DNA of 62,249 bases from assembly GCA_036519825.1 (NCBI GenBank), contig DATDKS010000134.1, positions 1 through 62,249 on the forward strand, written 5' to 3'. The notes below the pieces were generated by a model. The model saw only the letters and a list, made by a program, of their open reading frames with translations, ran no database searches and was not told the DNA's origin. This DNA is from Nitrososphaera sp. (GTDB taxonomy: Archaea > Thermoproteota > Nitrososphaeria > Nitrososphaerales > Nitrososphaeraceae). The position numbers and the translations under genes are program-made. Every line of letters begins with the position of its first letter. The first letter of the stretch is position 1. Shown here one piece after another: positions 56,628 through 62,249 of this stretch.

Positions 56628-57182
56628 ATGTCCAAATTTCTTACAAGTTATCCAAGGACAATTAGTGTCATTAAGGGCTTGCAGGACTTTATTCGCAAAG
56701 AAGAGATAGAACTTAACCAACTCTGCATCATGGTTAAGATAAGGAGGGACGAAATCATCACTGCATTGATCTCTGAGGGTTTTAAGAGTGTCAAGCTGGA
56801 AAATAGAAAGCCGACTCAGATCGGTCATGGCTTTTCAAAAAAGCTGGTCTCACCTTGGGAGATACATGTAAGGTTGCTTCAAATGCAGCAGGGTCTTATC
56901 GCAATACAAGCAGAAGTTGAAATCTCCCGCAGGTATATACAACACATTCGCTCTGTAAGGGCCCCAGTTATTTATGAAATAGAGTCGATCCTAAAAAAAC
57001 ACAAAATTGAATATCAGATCTGGCATGCAAAGATGCGTCGGGTCATTACAAGTGTCATTGACAACCACCAGATAACCCTTAGCGCTCCAAGGCTTCCACC
57101 AATCCCCTGGAGGCCCATGGCCGGCTCTGTCGTGACGCTATCGATCATCTATTTAGCAAAGTTTCTCGGGATACTCCAGTAG
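56628..57182 (+). CDS. Hypothetical protein with C-terminal TM
   Basis: 184-aa ORF, PWEIHVR motif, hydrophobic C-terminus. Confidence 0.7.
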   Translation: MSKFLTSYPRTISVIKGLQDFIRKEEIELNQLCIMVKIRRDEIITALISEGFKSVKLENRKPTQIGHGFSKKLVSPWEIHVRLLQMQQGLIAIQAEVEISRRYIQHIRSVRAPVIYEIESILKKHKIEYQIWHAKMRRVITSVIDNHQITLSAPRLPPIPWRPMAGSVVTLSIIYLAKFLGILQ

Positions 57183-57220
57183 AGAAGACTTTATTATTTC
57201 TGCAGGCTAAATCAGTTGAA

Positions 57221-57754
57221 GTGCCAAGTACGGCCACATTCTACCATTATGGCATATCGCCTTGGGAAATTGAAGTCATCTATGATACTCTAAATCGGTC
57301 TTTTGGAGTTGAAGAAAAGCAGCTCCAACCAGACGATCCACAGTACGTCAGCATGCTTGAAATCGGATTTCCTGTCCCATACAACGAGACATTCTTCCAG
57401 CAGGAATTCACCATGGATAGCTGGTTCAAGATAAAAGGCATTATAAAAGATGTAAAAAAAAGGCGGGGCAGAAAGGGTATCAAAGTATTCATTAGATTTG
57501 CAGGCTTTGGAAATAATAAAAAAATTGGTATTGTTTTTCCGCTGCAGAGCAAAGGGGACAGGCAATTTGAGATGGGCATTGAAAAGATAGAATACCTGGT
57601 AGACATTATCCCTGTTCAATTGCAATTGATACCGCCCGACGCAGAAGAAATATGGTACTTGTATGATGAGGCCAGCTCCAAATGGAATCCGTCTGTCGCG
57701 AAGACGAGCGGCCTCAACTATCTTTTCAAGAACAACGATTGGAAAACAAAATAG
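57221..57754 (+). CDS. Hypothetical protein
   Basis: 177-aa ORF, GTG start, co-oriented with the upstream gene. Confidence 0.7.
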   Translation: MPSTATFYHYGISPWEIEVIYDTLNRSFGVEEKQLQPDDPQYVSMLEIGFPVPYNETFFQQEFTMDSWFKIKGIIKDVKKRRGRKGIKVFIRFAGFGNNKKIGIVFPLQSKGDRQFEMGIEKIEYLVDIIPVQLQLIPPDAEEIWYLYDEASSKWNPSVAKTSGLNYLFKNNDWKTK

Positions 57755-57828
57755 AATAATCCTGAAAGAACAATACCTACCATTTATCATAATATTACTA
57801 TTATCCCATATATGCCTCTCTCATTCTC

Positions 57829-58332
57829 TCATTTGAGCTGATTTATAACAGATGAGTCATGGATCGCCTTGCTGAGCTCTTTGTATTTTTTGTCGATAAA
57901 GACGAGCGACTCGGATAACCTTTTTGACTTGCCCATCTTGAACCTTATCAGCTCGCGGTGGCGCCAAAAATGCTTTCCTTCTGAAACTGAGAGGGTGGTA
58001 AAATAATCTAGACCCTTGAGGCTGTCTGGCAGCTTGACATTGAATGGCAGCAAGTATTCTATCGTGAACCATTCATCGCCATCAGGGTAGTCTATGCCAG
58101 TTGGAATGTCAAAGTATAGATGCAAAATGTCTTCTACTGTCAGGCCATCGTCTAGAATGGATGGATGCCTTACGCTCGATCTGTGATAGTCCATCTTTAG
58201 CAGCTCGGGTTCAAAGTAAGCCCTGATAATGGCTCGACGAAAGATTTCGTTTACCTCTTTAAGGTTCAAAGATAGTATATAGCGGATCATGGATATTATA
58301 TAATCTTTGTAACAGAGGGTCAAATTTTGCAA
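57829..58332 (-). CDS. Hypothetical protein
   Basis: Long ORF; true start probably downstream of 58332. Confidence 0.65.
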   Translation of the reverse strand: MQNLTLCYKDYIISMIRYILSLNLKEVNEIFRRAIIRAYFEPELLKMDYHRSSVRHPSILDDGLTVEDILHLYFDIPTGIDYPDGDEWFTIEYLLPFNVKLPDSLKGLDYFTTLSVSEGKHFWRHRELIRFKMGKSKRLSESLVFIDKKYKELSKAIHDSSVINQLK

Positions 58333-58613
58333 GACTGATTTTCTGCGAACGGGCAGGGAATCGTATAAGTATTGACCGCTACTATGTGCATAGAAATAAA
58401 CTAGCTGCTCCTATTCGCAGACAGATAACAAGGCACATTCAACTACCCCGGGCTGCAATAATATGTTAGAGATATTTGATTGTAAAAAATGAATACTCAG
58501 CATGTGAATCTATCGAACAGAATGTTTATGCTACTAGAACTACGATATGGTGCCGCAAGGGATACTATATTATATACACGTCTGCATACAAAAATTCTCC
58601 ATGCTTCCTGAGG

Positions 58614-59045
58614 ATGATACAACAGGATGGTGATGATGTTATCATAAGAAAAAGTGCTCTTGTAATAGTAGCCGCCATTATAGTGGTAATCGCTATTACA
58701 GTTGGGGTGTATGCTTCAGGAAGGGAGAATAATAATCAGATAATGGGCATTGGAGGAAAAAATCCCAACATGGTAGAGGTAGTCATCAAATCCGATGGCG
58801 CTTGGTCAGCTGACATAAAGGATAGCGAGTCTAGCTCACATTCGGTAAATGGTTTTGGCGACAGGACAATACAAATAACATGTAATAGTGACGGCAAATA
58901 CTCGCTAACTGTGCAAAGGTCAGACGGAAGATCTGGTACATTGAATGTTGAAGTAGTAAAGAATGGAAGTAGTAGTAGTAGTAGTTCTCAGAGGTCTACG
59001 ACAACTTCAGTTAATGGGGTAATTTCACTATCTGGGACTTGCTAG
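58614..59045 (+). CDS. Single-TM membrane-anchored hypothetical protein
   Basis: Start ATG 58614; TM ALVIVAAIIVVIAITVGV; beta domain with WS...G; (AGT)6 poly-Ser. Confidence 0.65.
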   Translation: MIQQDGDDVIIRKSALVIVAAIIVVIAITVGVYASGRENNNQIMGIGGKNPNMVEVVIKSDGAWSADIKDSESSSHSVNGFGDRTIQITCNSDGKYSLTVQRSDGRSGTLNVEVVKNGSSSSSSSQRSTTTSVNGVISLSGTC

Positions 59046-59234
59046 TGTGTTAGAGCATCAGTTACAAAGATTGGATTTATTAGAGAGGGAGCAATGGATA
59101 GATCAACGGCGGCTGCAGCCTCTCAAGGAAGAATTGCCAGTTTGCTAAAATGAACAGTGAATAACAGACCCCCAGGACCAAATTCTATAATACTTTTTAT
59201 TAACTCGGAAAATGAGATTGAAAGACAATAAACA

Positions 59235-59666
59235 ATGACAAAAGAAACAAAAGAAGAGGAAGAAGAAGAAGGAAAAAACGTCATCTCAGTAAAGCAATTA
59301 TATGATGCTTTTAGGCGCCGCGACATATCCTCTCTATTAGATATGTTTACCGATTGTGCCGTTATTCATGGACCTGCACCATCTGGAGTCCTCCCGTGGG
59401 GCGGTGTTCACAATGGTCGTAAAGGAGCTGCAGAATTCTTCACGGCTGTTGGCGAATCCCTTGAAGTGCAACAGTTTGAGCTGCGGGATATTATAGCTCA
59501 TGGCAACAAGGTTGTAGTGCTTGGATACCAAAAGGGGAAAGCCAAGCCTACAGGACGACCATATGAGATTGAGTTTGTTCATTTATGGTCTCTACGTGAT
59601 GGAAGATTTACAGAATTCCGCGTATTCAATGATACGGCTGCCCTAGTAGAAGCCTTACATAGATAA
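59235..59666 (+). CDS. SnoaL-like / NTF2 family protein
   Basis: VKQLYDAF..RD...L...F, PWGG...G, FVHLWSLRDG, F..FNDT. Confidence 0.88.
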   Translation: MTKETKEEEEEEGKNVISVKQLYDAFRRRDISSLLDMFTDCAVIHGPAPSGVLPWGGVHNGRKGAAEFFTAVGESLEVQQFELRDIIAHGNKVVVLGYQKGKAKPTGRPYEIEFVHLWSLRDGRFTEFRVFNDTAALVEALHR

Positions 59667-60226
59667 GAAGAGTTTCTCAATGGTGATATTTTCTATTTTA
59701 ATGCCTGACGCGCATGTAGCAATGATCGGTCTCCCTGATTAGTTCGGTGTACTGATTGCCAGTTTACCCTCACGCTTGGCATTTTGCCGTCATTTATGGC
59801 TGCAGCTGATGTGTTGAGGTGCCGCCTACCTCTTCAACCTCTTGGATTGCTTGCCTAAATCTTCTCCGTCATTTACTGGAGTTGAAAACGGCGCGTGAGC
59901 TGGGGGTAATATTTACAATAAAATGATGTCCAAGTAGTCCTATTAATAGTAAAGACGAAAAAACAACAAAGGAAAATATCTATTTTTCCACATGATTACA
60001 CCGGTGCAGTCAGCGAGAGTGTGTATTTGTGTCTCTCTGTGTCTCTGCGCACACATGTCTATACACGGAAGTCTATGCCGCTTTTCTTCTTTCATGACCA
60101 GCCAAGCTACCACGACAAGACTAAAGCCTAAACTAAAGATACTGTGAAAAACAACTACTCCCAAATGCTAAATAGTTGCTGTACATTCATCAGTTCGCAC
60201 CGATTAGCTAAGAAGCTAGAGTATAT

Positions 60227-62248
60227 CTAATTTCTCAGTGGAAGTGTGAATCTAAAGGTAGCTCCCTTTCTCTCTTTATTATTCTCAGCCCATATCCTAC
60301 CTCCATGAGCCTGTATTATGCCCTTTGACAAATATAATCCCAATCCTGTACCATTGTCACTTTTTGACACAAACTTGGTGAATAATCTTGGCAGAATCTC
60401 GCTGTCAATTCCTTTTCCTGTGTCCTTGATACTTACTATAACTTCCTTTTTATCGGCACTCTTTTCAGCAGTTACTGTAATTGTGCCTCCTGAATCAGTA
60501 AACTTGATCGCATTACCTATTAGATTTGTTAGCACCTCAAATAATCTCGATTTATCCCCTTTAACGAATAGTTGAGCACTCTCCCTTTGGTCGAAGATAA
60601 TTTCTAACTCCTTTTCTTTTGGGATGGCGCTTTTTTCATCATTAACTACAATTCTTATCTTTTCGTTTAGGTCAATCCGTTCTTCTTTTAACTTCAGGGT
60701 ATTGCTTTCAATTCTAGATACATCTAAAATATCCGAAGTTAGTCGCTCTAGTCTTTTGGCATTGCGCGCTATCATCTCGATCTCCTCCTTTGTCACTGCG
60801 ATCTCTTTCTTGTTTTTCTTTTCTCCTTCTTGCTGTTCTTCTTCTTCTTCTTCTTCAAATTGAGACATGAGAATATCTGACATACCGAGCAACGGTTGCA
60901 CAGGAGTACGTATTTCATGAGCCGCCATGTTGATAAACTCCTTCTCCATCCTCTCCTGAAGTTCCAAACGCTTGTATAGTTCAGCCTGATTCCAAAGTGA
61001 ATTGAAAAATGAGCGCAACATGCTAGTACTTCGCTTGCTATTAGAGTACAGAGTGATCCCGACTGCTTCTGAAAAAGTCTCTAGGGTAGGATTTACCAAT
61101 TCTGCACTAATAAAGCGGGAGGAATCAATTATCATGATCCCCGATTGACTTTCAGTTCCTTTGACAAGTTTTATCTGCGATTCTACTCTTAGCCTTTCAA
61201 CTATCTCAGAGTTAGCGCCGGTATCTGGGCAGATGACTCTGACAGTTACCCCCTGTCGCGATGCTTTCTGCAAGATATCTAGTACTCCGAGTTTTTTCAT
61301 TCTTACAAGTGCTTTATCATTTGGCAAAAGGAATAGGATTTCATCTTTTGCTAATCTTGACAATGACAGCAAAAGTTCAGCAGCCTTGTTTTTGTCATAA
61401 ATGACTTCAAAAAAGTCTGGTTCAACTCCTTTCTCTATTTCGAGTATCCTGTGAGTGGCGCTAACACCTTGGGACCACAGTTTCTCAAATAGAGAATTAA
61501 ATTGCTTAATGTAGGGCAGTTCATTGCTGACAAGAACATTTGAAGCTATGGAACCAGCTACCATATTAGATACTGTGAAATTAAATTCCTTATCTGTAAC
61601 GCTAAAGTTCAATGGAGTATAGATTAGATGCTTAATCTCCATACCTAACGCCAAAAATCTCTGGACTAGATCCCTATCCTCTTTGTTTATCGTACCAATC
61701 CATTTCACACCTTTATGTTCGCCTTTTTGCGATTTTTCTAAAATTTTCTTTATCAGATCTGAGGCAATAGACTCAATCATTCTCAAGCCCCCAAAGTCAG
61801 AGCAGACAGATAAGTGATTAGAAGTTTCTATAACATGTCTTGCCCTTGAAATGATATCCTCTTGAGAGTCAATTATCTTTGTAATATCCGGTTCTATGCC
61901 TTCTTCTATCTCCCTTATCCTTTGGTCAGCATGGATAGCCTTTATCCACAGGTTTTCAAAAAAATAACGCTGTTGCTCCACAATTGGCTTGGCATTGCTA
62001 TAAATTGTCTGCGTTATCGGCTTTGTGCCCTCAAGCGTTGCTGTAGCTATGTATTCTGTTTCGCTAACCGCCATATTTCCTTTGACAGCATCCATATGTT
62101 TAACCTCTGCATAACCCATCAACTCCTTCACACATTGCAGATTCTGTGAAGTTATTTCAGTGAGGAACTTGATTCTTACCTTTCTACTCTTAAAGTCGCT
62201 GTATCCCTTTTTTATAGGCGCAACATTCATCGAAAAGGCTGCAGAGTT
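60227..62248 (-). CDS. Sensor histidine kinase with repeated N-terminal TrmB/PLD-like domains (5' partial)
   Basis: AAHEIRTP H-box, NLIGNAIKF, DTGKGI, GTGLGL; frame stays open to the window edge. Confidence 0.92.
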   Translation of the reverse strand, partial: NSAAFSMNVAPIKKGYSDFKSRKVRIKFLTEITSQNLQCVKELMGYAEVKHMDAVKGNMAVSETEYIATATLEGTKPITQTIYSNAKPIVEQQRYFFENLWIKAIHADQRIREIEEGIEPDITKIIDSQEDIISRARHVIETSNHLSVCSDFGGLRMIESIASDLIKKILEKSQKGEHKGVKWIGTINKEDRDLVQRFLALGMEIKHLIYTPLNFSVTDKEFNFTVSNMVAGSIASNVLVSNELPYIKQFNSLFEKLWSQGVSATHRILEIEKGVEPDFFEVIYDKNKAAELLLSLSRLAKDEILFLLPNDKALVRMKKLGVLDILQKASRQGVTVRVICPDTGANSEIVERLRVESQIKLVKGTESQSGIMIIDSSRFISAELVNPTLETFSEAVGITLYSNSKRSTSMLRSFFNSLWNQAELYKRLELQERMEKEFINMAAHEIRTPVQPLLGMSDILMSQFEEEEEEEQQEGEKKNKKEIAVTKEEIEMIARNAKRLERLTSDILDVSRIESNTLKLKEERIDLNEKIRIVVNDEKSAIPKEKELEIIFDQRESAQLFVKGDKSRLFEVLTNLIGNAIKFTDSGGTITVTAEKSADKKEVIVSIKDTGKGIDSEILPRLFTKFVSKSDNGTGLGLYLSKGIIQAHGGRIWAENNKERKGATFRFTLPLRN

Positions 62249-62249
62249 T

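Noticed and set aside
59700..59910. Minus-strand fragments (AIQEVEEVGG / NTSAAAINDG) reminiscent of a decayed vWA domain
   Set aside because: Needs several frameshifts and no MIDAS motif is visible; only a translated search could support it.
425..62149. Many antisense/overlapping ORFs in the track (e.g. 5894..6493, 21909..22592, 29961..30521, 54115..54663)
   Set aside because: They shadow well-supported genes on the opposite strand and carry no recognisable motifs.

Overview
Chromosomal segment of a soil-type ammonia-oxidising archaeon (Nitrososphaeraceae-like). The assignment is inferred from archaeal EF-1alpha/Rpo12/class I LysRS/FBP aldolase-phosphatase, AOA-type NirK, PEF-CTERM proteins and CofE; amoABC itself is not in the window. 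Housekeeping blocks (lysS end, rpoP, ppdK, tpiA, fbp, EF-1alpha, rps10, nth, dinB, leuS, alaS, trxA, secE, leuCD/hacAB, cofE) are interrupted by three accessory modules. (1) At 4.4-8.3 kb: two P-II genes, a tiny RHH-like protein and a NirK fused through a sequon-rich linker to a blue-copper domain. (2) At 11.4-19.0 kb: a complete, intact glycine cleavage system with its own lipoylation machinery (gcvT-H-PA-PB-lplB-lplA-lpdA plus divergent lipA), sitting between tpiA and ppdK. It could turn glycine into NH3, CO2, NADH and C1 units in a nitrifier. (3) At ~23.9-37.5 kb: a putative copper-handling surface island built around a CopC-CopD-beta-propeller fusion. Five secreted proteins there have a predicted mature N-terminal His, and several promoters share a TTCGG-N3-WTRTACYA motif, one copy lying upstream of a membrane protein/wHTH pair. 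No tRNA, rRNA, CRISPR array or transposase was recognised. All calls come from reading motifs by eye; no searches were run.
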